A stretch of 41,841 nucleotides of DNA, from positions 1-41,841 of the forward strand of contig DAIOEY010000001.1 in the NCBI GenBank assembly GCA_036745995.1, given 5' to 3'. Made by a program: the position numbers and the translations under genes. The DNA comes from Acidimicrobiales bacterium. GTDB taxonomy: Bacteria; Actinomycetota; Acidimicrobiia; Acidimicrobiales; RAAP-2. Shown piece by piece: positions 26,337 to 37,310 of this stretch (positions within the stretch are counted from its first letter, which is position 1; the number at the start of each line of letters is the position of its first letter). The notes under the pieces were generated by a model that was given only the letters and a program-made list of their open reading frames with translations, did not search any database and was not told the origin of the DNA.

Positions 26337-27650
26337 TTATTCGTCGTCGTACTCGTCGAGCTCGAGAATCTCCGAGGCGCCCTCGGGCACGGGACTCTCC
26401 GGTCCGACGCCCCAGCGCTCGTCGTTCAGTTTCACCGTCGCCTCGTGCACGGGCGACAGCTCGGGGATGTCCTTGGCCCGATGCACGCCGCCGAGTCGAC
26501 GGATGCCCTGAGCCGAGACGATGAGGCGCGACTCGATGGACTTGACCATCTTGTTGTACGCCTCGACACTGTCGTCGAGCGACCGGCCCATCTTCACGAT
26601 CGGCTCCGCGACGAGTCGAATCCGGTCAAAGATGGTCTCGGCAAGATCGAGGATCTCCTTGGCGTTGATCTTCGCCTCGTGCTGGCGCAGCACCATCGCC
26701 ACGGACCACAGCAACGACAGGAGATTGGTGGGTCCGACGATCAGGACTCTCTCCTTGGCGGCGTAGCCATGCAGTTCAGGGTCTGCTTCGAACGCGGCGG
26801 TGATCGCGAAGTCGCTCGGTACGAAACAGACCACGAATTCGGGTGCCGGCGTGATGACCTCCCAGTAGGACTTCTCCTTCAGCGTCTTCACGTGACCGCG
26901 CAACGCGAGTGCGTGAGCCTCGTACGACGTCCGCCGCTGCTCTGCGTCGTCGGTCCCCAGCGCCGCTTCGAAAGCGTCGAAGGGGAACTTCGCGTCGATG
27001 GCGATGCTCGCGCTGTTGGGCATGCGAACCACGCAGTCGGGACGCAACGCGCGTCCGGTCTCGTTGAACCCGGTGACCTGCAGGTCGTAGTCGATGTTGC
27101 GACGAAGCCCCGACGCCTCCATCACGTTGGCGAGTTGCACCTCGCCCCAATGTCCGCGCTGATCGCCCCGACCGAGGAGTTGATTCAGTCGACGCGTCTC
27201 GTCCTGAGTCCTCTGTTGGGCGTCGAGCAGTTCGTTCGCCCGGTTCTTCACGTCCGACAGCGCCCCGGTGTGTTCCTTGTTGAACTCGGTCAGGTTCTTC
27301 TTGTACTCGTCCAACAGCGTCTCGAGGGGTTTCAGCGTGAGGTTCAGCTTCGAGTCGCGCTCCTTTAACACCTGCTCTTGATTGTGGCTGAACTGCTCGA
27401 CCGTCTGGGCCAGCACACGGTTTGACATGTTCTCAAACGTGACCTCCATGTTGCGCAGCGCAGCCTCGTGCTCGGCGCGTTCGCGCGCGAGCCCTTCGTT
27501 CGCGATCGCGAACTGCGAGTCGCGTACGGCGAGGTCCTGTTGAGCGCGGGCCACGCCGTCACGCAGTGACTGCGATCGCTTGAGTGAAAGGGCCCACACC
27601 GCCAGGGCGCCGAGGACGACGCCCACCACGCCGCTCAGAAGTGCCAGCAC
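26337..27650 (-). CDS. rmuC: DNA recombination protein RmuC family
   Basis: N-terminal TM, coiled coil, RGHWGEVQL, RPDCVV, IDAKFP, PEFVVCFVP, GPTNLL; GTG after GAAGGGAG. Confidence 0.9.
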   Translation of the reverse strand: MLALLSGVVGVVLGALAVWALSLKRSQSLRDGVARAQQDLAVRDSQFAIANEGLARERAEHEAALRNMEVTFENMSNRVLAQTVEQFSHNQEQVLKERDSKLNLTLKPLETLLDEYKKNLTEFNKEHTGALSDVKNRANELLDAQQRTQDETRRLNQLLGRGDQRGHWGEVQLANVMEASGLRRNIDYDLQVTGFNETGRALRPDCVVRMPNSASIAIDAKFPFDAFEAALGTDDAEQRRTSYEAHALALRGHVKTLKEKSYWEVITPAPEFVVCFVPSDFAITAAFEADPELHGYAAKERVLIVGPTNLLSLLWSVAMVLRQHEAKINAKEILDLAETIFDRIRLVAEPIVKMGRSLDDSVEAYNKMVKSIESRLIVSAQGIRRLGGVHRAKDIPELSPVHEATVKLNDERWGVGPESPVPEGASEILELDEYDDE

Positions 27651-27718
27651 CGTCTCTCCCTTCGCTCGCCTTGCTCCCACCCTAGAGAATGGTTGTCACA
27701 CGGCAGTAGCCTTTGGCG

Positions 27719-29418
<1,700 letters not shown>

Positions 29419-29424
29419 CTAGAA

Positions 29425-29904
29425 CTAGGCGGCGTCGAGTCCGAACGCGGTGTGCAGACAACGCACGGCGTCGGCGACGCGATCGGCGCGCACGACACAC
29501 GAGATGCGAATCGAACTCGTCGAGATCATCTCGATGTTGATGCCGTTCTCAGAGAGGGTCTCGAACATCAGGGCGGTCACGCCAGGGCTCGACTTCATGC
29601 CGGCCCCCACGATCGAGACGCGACCAATACTGTCGTCGCTCGTCACCTCGGCGGCGCCGATGTCGGACTTGACCGAGTCACAGATGGTCCTCGCCGCGTC
29701 GAGGTCGGTCTTTGAAACGGTGAACGAGATGTCGGTCATGCCGTTGGCGCTGGTGTTCTGCACGATCATGTCGACGTTGATGCCGCCGTTGGACAGTTGA
29801 CGGAACAGGTGCGCCGCCACGCCGGGTCGGTCCGGCACGCCCCCCACGGTGACCTTGGCCTCCGACTTGTCGTCGGTCACGGCCGAAACGACGGCTTCTT
29901 CCAT
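29425..29904 (-). CDS. Aspartate kinase beta subunit (in-frame internal start)
   Basis: GAGGAGG followed 8 nt later by an in-frame ATG (MEEAVVSAV) at the ACT-domain boundary, as in Corynebacterium lysC alpha/beta. Confidence 0.7.
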   Translation of the reverse strand: MEEAVVSAVTDDKSEAKVTVGGVPDRPGVAAHLFRQLSNGGINVDMIVQNTSANGMTDISFTVSKTDLDAARTICDSVKSDIGAAEVTSDDSIGRVSIVGAGMKSSPGVTALMFETLSENGINIEMISTSSIRISCVVRADRVADAVRCLHTAFGLDAA

Positions 29905-30642
29905 TGTGGGGTCCTCCTCCACGATCCAGGTTCCTGGTTCCCAAGTGAAACTCGAGCGCACGTGCAGCGGCACGCCATGGCGCCGGGCGAACTCGACCGA
30001 ACGAAGCATCAGCACGCGTCCACCCGTGGCGGAGATCTCCATCATCTCGTCGAACGACACCTTGGGGATGCGACGAGCCTTGGAAACCAGACGCGGATCG
30101 GCGGAGAAGACGCCGGTGACGTCGGTGTAGATCTCACAGACGTCAGCCTTCAACGCCGCGGCGAGCGCGACGGCGGTGACGTCGGAACCCCCGCGGCCCA
30201 ACGTCGTGATGTCCTTGTCGGTCGACACGCCTTGAAATCCCGCGACCACCGGCACGAGGCCCGCGTCGAGGGCGTCACGGATGCGGTCGGGGCGCATCTC
30301 GAGGATCTTGGCCCGGGTGTGATCGGTGTCGGTGATGATGCCCGCCTGGGAGCCGGTAAACGACGCCGATTCGACGCCGCGATCGGCGAGCGCCATGCAG
30401 ACGAGCGCCATGGAGATCCGCTCTCCGGCCGTGAGCAACATGTCCAGCTCCCGCGGCGGTCGTGTCGGAGAGACGTCGTCGGCGAGCCGGATGAGGTCGT
30501 CAGTGAACTTACCCATCGCGGACACCACGACGACGACGTCATTGCCGGCTTCAACGGTTCTGGCCACGTGGTCGGCGACCGCACGAATACGTTCAGCGTC
30601 GCCCACCGACGTACCACCAAACTTTTGAACAACGAGCGCCAT
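29425..30642 (-). CDS. ask: Aspartate kinase (alpha subunit)
   Basis: QKFGGTSV, VVSAMG, LGRGGSD, YTDV, two ACT domains. Confidence 0.97.
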   Translation of the reverse strand: MALVVQKFGGTSVGDAERIRAVADHVARTVEAGNDVVVVVSAMGKFTDDLIRLADDVSPTRPPRELDMLLTAGERISMALVCMALADRGVESASFTGSQAGIITDTDHTRAKILEMRPDRIRDALDAGLVPVVAGFQGVSTDKDITTLGRGGSDVTAVALAAALKADVCEIYTDVTGVFSADPRLVSKARRIPKVSFDEMMEISATGGRVLMLRSVEFARRHGVPLHVRSSFTWEPGTWIVEEDPTMEEAVVSAVTDDKSEAKVTVGGVPDRPGVAAHLFRQLSNGGINVDMIVQNTSANGMTDISFTVSKTDLDAARTICDSVKSDIGAAEVTSDDSIGRVSIVGAGMKSSPGVTALMFETLSENGINIEMISTSSIRISCVVRADRVADAVRCLHTAFGLDAA

Positions 30643-30701
30643 AACGACAAAACTACCTGACCCAGTTAGAGACCTTCCAACGGGCTACTAATGTCGCACC
30701 T

Positions 30702-31511
30702 ATGGCCACCACCAAACGAGAACGTCAAAAGGCCGCGCGCCGTCAGAAAATGGAGCAGATGGAGCGTGAGGCGAAGCGTCGCAAGAACCTTCGCCGCGCG
30801 GTCATCGTGGCCATCGTCGCCGTCCTCGTGATCGGTTCGGCAGCGCTGTTGTTCTCGGGAAAATCGACACCCACCACGACGTCGACGGCGTCAACGACGA
30901 CCACGACGTCGGCGTCGGCGGCCCAAGCCAAGGCCAACGCAGTCGCCGTTGGCGCCGGCTGTCCGGCGTCGACGTCTGCGCGAGTGAACACACTCAGTTG
31001 GAAGACGCCCCCCGCGATGACCATTGACAAGTCCAAGACCTACTACGCGCACTTCGTCACCACGGCTGGATCGTTCGTCGTCAAATTGGACGCCGCGACT
31101 GCGCCCATCACGGTGAACAACTTTGTGTTCCTGGCCCGGCACAAGTACTTCAACTGCGTGATCTTCCACCGCGTCATACCCGGCTTCGTCGTCCAGGGTG
31201 GGGACCCGACCGGTACCGGTTCGGGAGGCCCGGGCTACACGATCGCTGACGAACTGCCCAAGGCAGGAAGCCCCACGTATCCCTTGTACTCGCTCGCCAT
31301 GGCCAACACCGGAGCGGCTAACACCGGCGGCAGCCAGTTCTTCATCATCACCGGTCCTTCGGGTGAGAAGTTGCCAGCCACTTACTCGCTCTTCGGCCAG
31401 GTCATCAGCGGCCAAAGTGTCGCAAGAACCATCAACAACGCCGGCAGCACCGCCGGTGTCCCCCCCACCGTTACCCACCGAATGATCTCCGTCACGATTA
31501 GCGAGGCCTGA
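30702..31511 (+). CDS. Membrane-anchored cyclophilin-type peptidyl-prolyl isomerase
   Basis: Basic N-terminus, TM helix, Thr/Ser linker, FHRVIPGFVVQGGDP, LAMAN, GSQFFI. Confidence 0.9.
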   Translation: MATTKRERQKAARRQKMEQMEREAKRRKNLRRAVIVAIVAVLVIGSAALLFSGKSTPTTTSTASTTTTTSASAAQAKANAVAVGAGCPASTSARVNTLSWKTPPAMTIDKSKTYYAHFVTTAGSFVVKLDAATAPITVNNFVFLARHKYFNCVIFHRVIPGFVVQGGDPTGTGSGGPGYTIADELPKAGSPTYPLYSLAMANTGAANTGGSQFFIITGPSGEKLPATYSLFGQVISGQSVARTINNAGSTAGVPPTVTHRMISVTISEA

Positions 31512-31517
31512 GAAACC

Positions 31518-32069
31518 ATGATCGAACAACTTCCCAACGCCGACGGATCGAGCAGCCAGCGTCAACACTTCGACTCGCCTCCGCCGATGATCATCGACAC
31601 GACCAAGACCTACCGCGCCACGATGGTGACCTCGAAGGGGACGCTGGAGATCGTGCTCGACGCCCTGGGCGCTCCGGTCACCGTGAACAGTTTCGTGTTC
31701 CTCGCACGCTGGCACTACTACGACGGCGTCATCTTTCACCGCGTGATCCCCGGCTTCGTTCTCCAAGGTGGCGACCCCACCGGCACCGGCACCGGTGGCC
31801 CGGGCTACCGCTTCAATGACGAACTGCCCAAGGCCGGTCGCTACGAGCTCGGTTCGCTCGCCATGGCGAACGCCGGACCCAACACCAACGGATCGCAGTT
31901 CTTCGTCATCTCCGGACCCGACGGCGTCAAGTTGCCTCCGCTCTACGCGTTGTTCGGAAAGGTCGTGAAGGGCCTTGACGTCGTCGCGACGATCAACGAC
32001 ATCGGAACACCGTCGGGCACACCGCGCGAGCGCGTCGTCATCGAATCGGTAACGATCACCGAGTCCTAG
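31518..32069 (+). CDS. Cytoplasmic cyclophilin-type peptidyl-prolyl isomerase
   Basis: FHRVIPGFVLQGGDP, AMANAGPNTNGSQFF. Confidence 0.93.
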   Translation: MIEQLPNADGSSSQRQHFDSPPPMIIDTTKTYRATMVTSKGTLEIVLDALGAPVTVNSFVFLARWHYYDGVIFHRVIPGFVLQGGDPTGTGTGGPGYRFNDELPKAGRYELGSLAMANAGPNTNGSQFFVISGPDGVKLPPLYALFGKVVKGLDVVATINDIGTPSGTPRERVVIESVTITES

Positions 32070-32692
32070 AGGTTCACCACTTCGAATCCCCTGGTGACGA
32101 CGACGTCGGCGGAGCGGACAACGCGCCACTCGTCATCACGGCATTGCAGAATGCCGCGCGGACCGAGCACAACGAGTGCGACGTCGGTCGCGAGCAGCGA
32201 TCGAGTACGTTCCATCTGTTCCTCGCTCGCCGGAGCGCAGAACGCCACGCCCTTTCGATAGCCCAGCCCGATCGTGGGTGCTCCCCCGCGCGGGTCGATC
32301 ATCACCTCACCAAGCACCGAGGTCACCGCGCCGATCGCCACGAGCGAACGCGCCACGTTGATTGCCTCGCCCACCGGCGAGTTGCGCCACACCATCCGCG
32401 CGTGCAACGCCGACCCGTCACAGAGCACGACGAGGTCCGCGTTCGCGAGGCGCTCGACGAAGTACGGCTCCGAACTCGAGGCTCGATCAGTGACCATCAG
32501 CGCCTCGATGCCCACGTCGAGACCGTCAAAGACCTCAGCGACCGCGACCGCCGCCTGCGCGGCACCAATGAAGGCGGCCGCGGTCGGGAGTACCACGACG
32601 TCAGCGTTCGTCGCGAGCGGACCGACGACGTCCTCGGCCAGAGCGTCGCGCAGTGCGCCGAGCGAACCCACGGCGAGGGTTGATTGCTGCAC
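32066..32692 (-). CDS. Peptidase S51/cyanophycinase-like (class I glutamine amidotransferase fold) protein, apparently degenerate
   Basis: VVVLPTAAA, ADLVVLCDGS, DPRGG...GLG recognisable; no GxSAG nucleophile motif. Confidence 0.6.
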   Translation of the reverse strand: MQQSTLAVGSLGALRDALAEDVVGPLATNADVVVLPTAAAFIGAAQAAVAVAEVFDGLDVGIEALMVTDRASSSEPYFVERLANADLVVLCDGSALHARMVWRNSPVGEAINVARSLVAIGAVTSVLGEVMIDPRGGAPTIGLGYRKGVAFCAPASEEQMERTRSLLATDVALVVLGPRGILQCRDDEWRVVRSADVVVTRGFEVVNL

Positions 32693-32719
32693 CCGTCGAG
32701 TCTCGCATCCATCGACCGT

Positions 32720-32733
32720 TTACCGAACAGTAA
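32720..32733. promoter_or_regulatory. Palindromic operator candidate TTAC-N6-GTAA overlapping the hbd -10 box
   Basis: TTACCGAACAGTAA; near-copies at 37414-37427 and 25266-25279. Confidence 0.45.
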
Positions 32734-32742
32734 TGTTGCAAG

Positions 32743-33597
32743 ATGAACTTCCAAAAGGTCGGCATACTGGGTTCGGGGATCATGGGTAGCGGCATCGCCG
32801 AGGTAGCAGCCGCCGCCGGGTCGCTCGTCGTGGTGCGCAGCCGTTCCCAGGCAACGGCCAACGCGATGCTGGCTGGTCTCGAGAAGTCACTCGCCAAGCA
32901 GGTCGAGAAGGAGAAGCGAACCGCTGACGAAGCGCAAGCAATTCGCTCTCGCGTGACGGCGACCACCAGCCTCGCCGACCTGGCCGATTGCGATTTCGTC
33001 ATCGAGTCCGTCGTCGAGGAGATCTCGGTCAAGCGCGCCATCTTCAACGAACTCGATCGCGTCGTCCAGCACGGGGCCATTCTCGCGACGAACACGTCGA
33101 CGCTGTCGGTGATCGAGCTGGCGATGGAGACGTCGCGTCCAGAACGCGTCTGCGGCGTGCACTTCTTCAACCCGGCGACCGTCATGTCGCTGGTCGAGAT
33201 CGTACGCCCGTTGTGCGCGAGCGACGAGACGATCGACGCGGTCACCGCCTTCGCGCAGGCCTGCGGCAAAGAGCCCGTCATCGTGAAAGACCGGGCCGGA
33301 TTCGTCGTCAACGCCCTGCTCTTTCCGTACCTCAACAACGCCGTGCGACTGCTCGAGCAAGGGGTCGCAACCATGGAGGGCATCGACGTCGCGATGACGG
33401 GCGGCTGTGGATTCCCGATGGGTCCGTTCGCGTTGCTCGACCTCGTCGGTCTCGACACGTCACTCGCGATCCTCGAGGCGCTCTACGGCGAATACGCCGA
33501 CCCGAACTTCGCCCCGGTGCCGTTACTGCGTCGGATGGTGAGCGCTGGCCAGCTCGGACGCAAATCGGGCCGCGGCTTCTACGACTACCGTCGATAG
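32743..33597 (+). CDS. hbd: 3-hydroxybutyryl-CoA dehydrogenase
   Basis: GSGIMG, ESVVE, ATNTS, GVHFFNP, GFVVN, PMGP, GRKSGRGFY. Confidence 0.9.
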   Translation: MNFQKVGILGSGIMGSGIAEVAAAAGSLVVVRSRSQATANAMLAGLEKSLAKQVEKEKRTADEAQAIRSRVTATTSLADLADCDFVIESVVEEISVKRAIFNELDRVVQHGAILATNTSTLSVIELAMETSRPERVCGVHFFNPATVMSLVEIVRPLCASDETIDAVTAFAQACGKEPVIVKDRAGFVVNALLFPYLNNAVRLLEQGVATMEGIDVAMTGGCGFPMGPFALLDLVGLDTSLAILEALYGEYADPNFAPVPLLRRMVSAGQLGRKSGRGFYDYRR

Positions 33598-33620
33598 GAG
33601 AACGAACCACGGGAGGTGGA

Positions 33621-35588
33621 ATGGCTGAACGCTCGAAGCCGTGGGTGATGCGCACGTACTCCGGCCACTCGACCGCGGTGAAATCCAACGAGCTCTACCG
33701 CGCCAACCTCGCCAAGGGCCAGACCGGGCTCTCGGTCGCCTTCGACCTGCCGACCCAAACCGGCTACGACCCCGACCACCCCGACGCGGCCGGCGAAGTG
33801 GGCAAGGTTGGCGTGCCGGTCGCCCACTTGGGCCACCTTCGCCAGCTCTTCGAAGCGATCCCGCTCGGCGAAATGAACACGTCGATGACCATCAACGCAA
33901 CCGCAGCGTGGCTCTGGGGTCTGTACCTCGCGCTCGGGGAGGAGCAGGGAGCGGACCTTCGCCAGCTCCAGGGCACCACCCAGAACGACATCGTGAAGGA
34001 GTACCTCAGTCGGGGCACGTACATCTTCGCGCCCGAACCCTCGAAGCGTCTCATCGTCGACATGGTCGCCTACGGGATCACCAACGCACCGAAATGGAAT
34101 CCGGTCAACGTCTGCAGTTACCACCTCCAAGAGGCGGGCGCGACGCCCGTCCAGGAGATCGCCTACGCGCTCGCGACCGCGATCGACATCCTCGACGCAC
34201 TACGCGACTCGGGCAAGGTCGAGCCGAACCAGATGGACCAGGTCGTCGGGCGAATCTCTTTCTTCGTCAACGCCGGCGTGCGCTTCATCGAGGAAATCGC
34301 CAAGATGCGCACCTTCACCGCGATGTGGGACGAGATCTGTCGCACCCGTTACGGCGTCGACGATCCGTCGCTGCGCCGGTTCCGCTACGGCGTGCAGGTC
34401 AATTCACTCGGTCTCACCGAACAGCAACCCGAGAACAACGTCCAGCGCATCGTGCTCGAGATGCTCGGCGTCACGTTGTCGGGCGACGCGCGGGCGCGCG
34501 CGATCCAGTTGCCGGCCTGGAACGAAGCACTCGGGCTGCCTCGTCCCTGGGATCAGCAGTGGAGTCTTCGGATGCAGCAGGTGCTCGCCTACGAGAGTGA
34601 TCTCCTCGAGTACCCCGACATCTTCGCGGGCTCGGTCGTGATGGACGCGAAGGTCAAAGAGCTCACCGTCGCGGCGCAGATCGAACTCGACGACGTGTTG
34701 GCCCTCGGTGGGGCGTTCGCCGCCATCGAGGAGCTGAAGAGCCGCCTCGTCGCCAGTCAGGCCGAGCGAGTGGCCCGAATCGAGTCCGGCGAGCAGATCG
34801 TCGTCGGCGTCAACCGCTTCACCGAGACGACACCATCGCCGCTCACGAGCGGGACGTCACTCGAGTCGATCCTGACCGTCGACCCGGCCGTGGAACGAGA
34901 GATGATCGACGACGTCGTGGCGTGGCGTAAGAACCGCGACGACACGGCGGTTCGAGACGCCCTGCAAGAACTCGCGCGCGTCGCTCGAAGTTCCGAGCCG
35001 CAGGACAACATTATGGTGCCGACCATCGCGCTCGCCAAGGCCGGCGGAACGACCGGCGAGTGGGCCGACGCGTTACGCGCGGTGTTCGGCGAGTACCGTG
35101 CGCCCACCGGCGTGCGCGTGGGGGTCGCCAATCGGGGTAACCAGTTCGCTTCACTCGTGGCGCGCTCGCGCGCGATTAGCGAGCACCGCGGAACCCCTCC
35201 AAAACTGCTGGTCGCCAAGCCGGGGCTCGACGGGCACTCCAACGGTGCTGAACAGATCGCCGTCGCGGCGCGCGACGCCGGTTTCGAGGTCGTCTACCAG
35301 GGCATCCGACTCTCTCCCGAAGAGATCGTGGCTGCCGCGCGCGACGAGGACGTCGACATCGTAGGAATATCGATCCTCTCGGGTTCGCACCTGGCGCTGG
35401 TGCCGCGCGTCGTCAAGGGCCTGCGCGACGCCGGCGTGGACGCCAAAGTGGTGGTCGGGGGCATCGTGCCCGACGAGGACGCCGCGAAGCTGCGCGCGCA
35501 CGGCGTGACGGCGGTCTACACCCCGAAGGACTTCTCTCTCGGCGCGATCATGAGCGACCTGTTGGGAATGGTCGAGTCGCTCAACTAG
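33621..35588 (+). CDS. meaA: Ethylmalonyl-CoA mutase (MeaA/Ecm), B12-dependent
   Basis: PWVMRTYSGHS, NVCSYHLQEAGA, WNEALGLPRPWDQQWSLR, KPGLDGHSNG; ATG after GGAGGT. Confidence 0.93.
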   Translation: MAERSKPWVMRTYSGHSTAVKSNELYRANLAKGQTGLSVAFDLPTQTGYDPDHPDAAGEVGKVGVPVAHLGHLRQLFEAIPLGEMNTSMTINATAAWLWGLYLALGEEQGADLRQLQGTTQNDIVKEYLSRGTYIFAPEPSKRLIVDMVAYGITNAPKWNPVNVCSYHLQEAGATPVQEIAYALATAIDILDALRDSGKVEPNQMDQVVGRISFFVNAGVRFIEEIAKMRTFTAMWDEICRTRYGVDDPSLRRFRYGVQVNSLGLTEQQPENNVQRIVLEMLGVTLSGDARARAIQLPAWNEALGLPRPWDQQWSLRMQQVLAYESDLLEYPDIFAGSVVMDAKVKELTVAAQIELDDVLALGGAFAAIEELKSRLVASQAERVARIESGEQIVVGVNRFTETTPSPLTSGTSLESILTVDPAVEREMIDDVVAWRKNRDDTAVRDALQELARVARSSEPQDNIMVPTIALAKAGGTTGEWADALRAVFGEYRAPTGVRVGVANRGNQFASLVARSRAISEHRGTPPKLLVAKPGLDGHSNGAEQIAVAARDAGFEVVYQGIRLSPEEIVAAARDEDVDIVGISILSGSHLALVPRVVKGLRDAGVDAKVVVGGIVPDEDAAKLRAHGVTAVYTPKDFSLGAIMSDLLGMVESLN

Positions 35589-35769
35589 GACGGTGCGGGC
35601 GCCGGTTCGCGTAGGGGCCGCTGTTGAACCATCGTCCCGAGAAGCGCCAACTGGGCGCGCGGTCGGGCACCTGGTGGCGCTGCGCCTTCAAGATCTCCTC
35701 GGCGGCGCCGATCAGGGCGGCCAGCTCCTCGGGTGGGAGTTGGGGACGAGGACGTAGCCCGTAGCTCAC
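35581..35769 (-). CDS. Acyl-CoA carboxylase epsilon-subunit-like small protein (62 aa)
   Basis: GTG overlaps the carboxyltransferase TGA (GTGA); PPEELAALIGA helix followed by a SWRFSGRW element. Confidence 0.7.
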   Translation of the reverse strand: MSYGLRPRPQLPPEELAALIGAAEEILKAQRHQVPDRAPSWRFSGRWFNSGPYANRRPHRPS

Positions 35770-37310
35770 AAGGGCACGTTCCCGTGCTTGCGCTTGGGCA
35801 ACTCTTCGCGCTTGCCGCGCAGGAGGTCGAGCGAGTAACTGAGCACCCGGCGCGTGTCGGCCGGATCGATCACGTCGTCGATGAAGCCGCGCTCGGCCGC
35901 GATGTAGGGCGTGGCGTAACGCTCTTCGTACTCGTCGATCAGTGACGTGCGAAGCGACGCCGGATCGTCGGCGCCGGTGAGGTCGCGACGATGGACGATC
36001 TCCACCGCTCCCGACGCGCCCATGACGGCCAGCTCGGCCGTCGGCCACGCGTACGCGAGGTCCGCACCGATCGACTTGGAGTTCATCACGACGTACGCGC
36101 CGCCGTAGGCCTTGCGCGTGATGATCGAGATGCGCGGCACGGTCGCCTCGCAGAACGCGTACAGCAGCTTCGCGCCGTGGCGGATGATGCCGCGGTACTC
36201 CTGGTCGACGCCGGGCATGAAACCGGGCACGTCGACGAAGGTCACGATGGGGATGTTGAACGCGTCACAGGTGCGCACGAAACGCGCGGCCTTTTCGCTC
36301 GAGTCGATGTCGAGCACGCCCGCGAGGATCTGGGGTTGGTTGGACACGAGCCCGACCGTGTAGCCGTCGATGCGCGCGAAGCCGCAGGTGATCTGCTGGG
36401 CGTAGGTGGCGTGCACCTCCAGGTAGTCGCCATCGTCGACCACCGCGGTGATGACCTTCTTCATGTCGTAGGGCTGGTTCGACGACTCGGGCAGAAGATC
36501 GCGCAGATTCTCACAGAGTCGTTGCGGGTCGTCGCCACTCAAGATCCGTGGCGGCTCTTCCATGTTGTTCGACGGCAGGAACGACATGAGGTAGCGCACC
36601 TCGTCGAGCACGCTCTTCTCGTCGGGCATGACGAAGTTCGCGACACCGGATTTCGTGGCGTGGGTCTGGGCGCCCCCGAGCTCTTCCAAGGTGACGTCTT
36701 CACCGGTGACGGTCTTGACGACGTCGGGACCGGTGATGAACATGTGGCTGGTGTCTTTCACCATGAAGATGAAGTCGGTGAGGGCTGGCGAGTACACGGC
36801 GCCGCCGGCGCAGGGACCGAGGATGACCGAGATCTGGGGCACGACGCCCGAGGCCTTCGCGTTGCGGTGAAAGATGCCGCCGTAGGCGTTGAGCGCGCCG
36901 ACGCCCTCCTGGATGCGCGCGCCCGCGCCGTCGTTGAGTCCGATGATGGGTAGCCCCATCGTCGTGGCCATGTCCATGATCTTGTGGATCTTGGCGCCGT
37001 GGGTCTCACCGAGCGCGCCGCCGAAGACGGTGAAGTCCTGGGAGTACACGCAGACCTTGCGTCCGTCGATCGTTCCGAAGCCCGTGATGACGCCGTCGGT
37101 GTAGGGGCGAGAGTCCTCGAGTCCCATGCCCGAAGCACCGTGACGATTCAACATGTCCAGTTCGTGGAATGAGTCCTCGTCGAGCAGGTACTCAACGCGC
37201 TCGCGCGCGGTCATCTTGCCCTTGGCGGTATGGCGCTCGATCGCCTTCTCGCCCCCCGCGACCCGGGCCTGCGCCTTTCGCGCGTTGAGATCGGCCAATC
37301 GATCCGACAT
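35766..37310 (-). CDS. pccB: Acyl-CoA (probably propionyl-CoA) carboxylase carboxyltransferase beta subunit
   Basis: KGKMTARER, DFTVFGG, GARIQEG, GPCAGGAVYS, DVPGF, KAYGGAY, KHGNVPL; alternative start at 37322. Confidence 0.88.
   Translation of the reverse strand: MSDRLADLNARKAQARVAGGEKAIERHTAKGKMTARERVEYLLDEDSFHELDMLNRHGASGMGLEDSRPYTDGVITGFGTIDGRKVCVYSQDFTVFGGALGETHGAKIHKIMDMATTMGLPIIGLNDGAGARIQEGVGALNAYGGIFHRNAKASGVVPQISVILGPCAGGAVYSPALTDFIFMVKDTSHMFITGPDVVKTVTGEDVTLEELGGAQTHATKSGVANFVMPDEKSVLDEVRYLMSFLPSNNMEEPPRILSGDDPQRLCENLRDLLPESSNQPYDMKKVITAVVDDGDYLEVHATYAQQITCGFARIDGYTVGLVSNQPQILAGVLDIDSSEKAARFVRTCDAFNIPIVTFVDVPGFMPGVDQEYRGIIRHGAKLLYAFCEATVPRISIITRKAYGGAYVVMNSKSIGADLAYAWPTAELAVMGASGAVEIVHRRDLTGADDPASLRTSLIDEYEERYATPYIAAERGFIDDVIDPADTRRVLSYSLDLLRGKREELPKRKHGNVPL

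Noticed and set aside
32988..33620. Apparent 866-aa mutase with an extra N-terminal domain or Hbd fusion
   Set aside because: The extension is an Arg-rich off-frame reading of hbd; the real start is ATG 33621 after GGAGGT.
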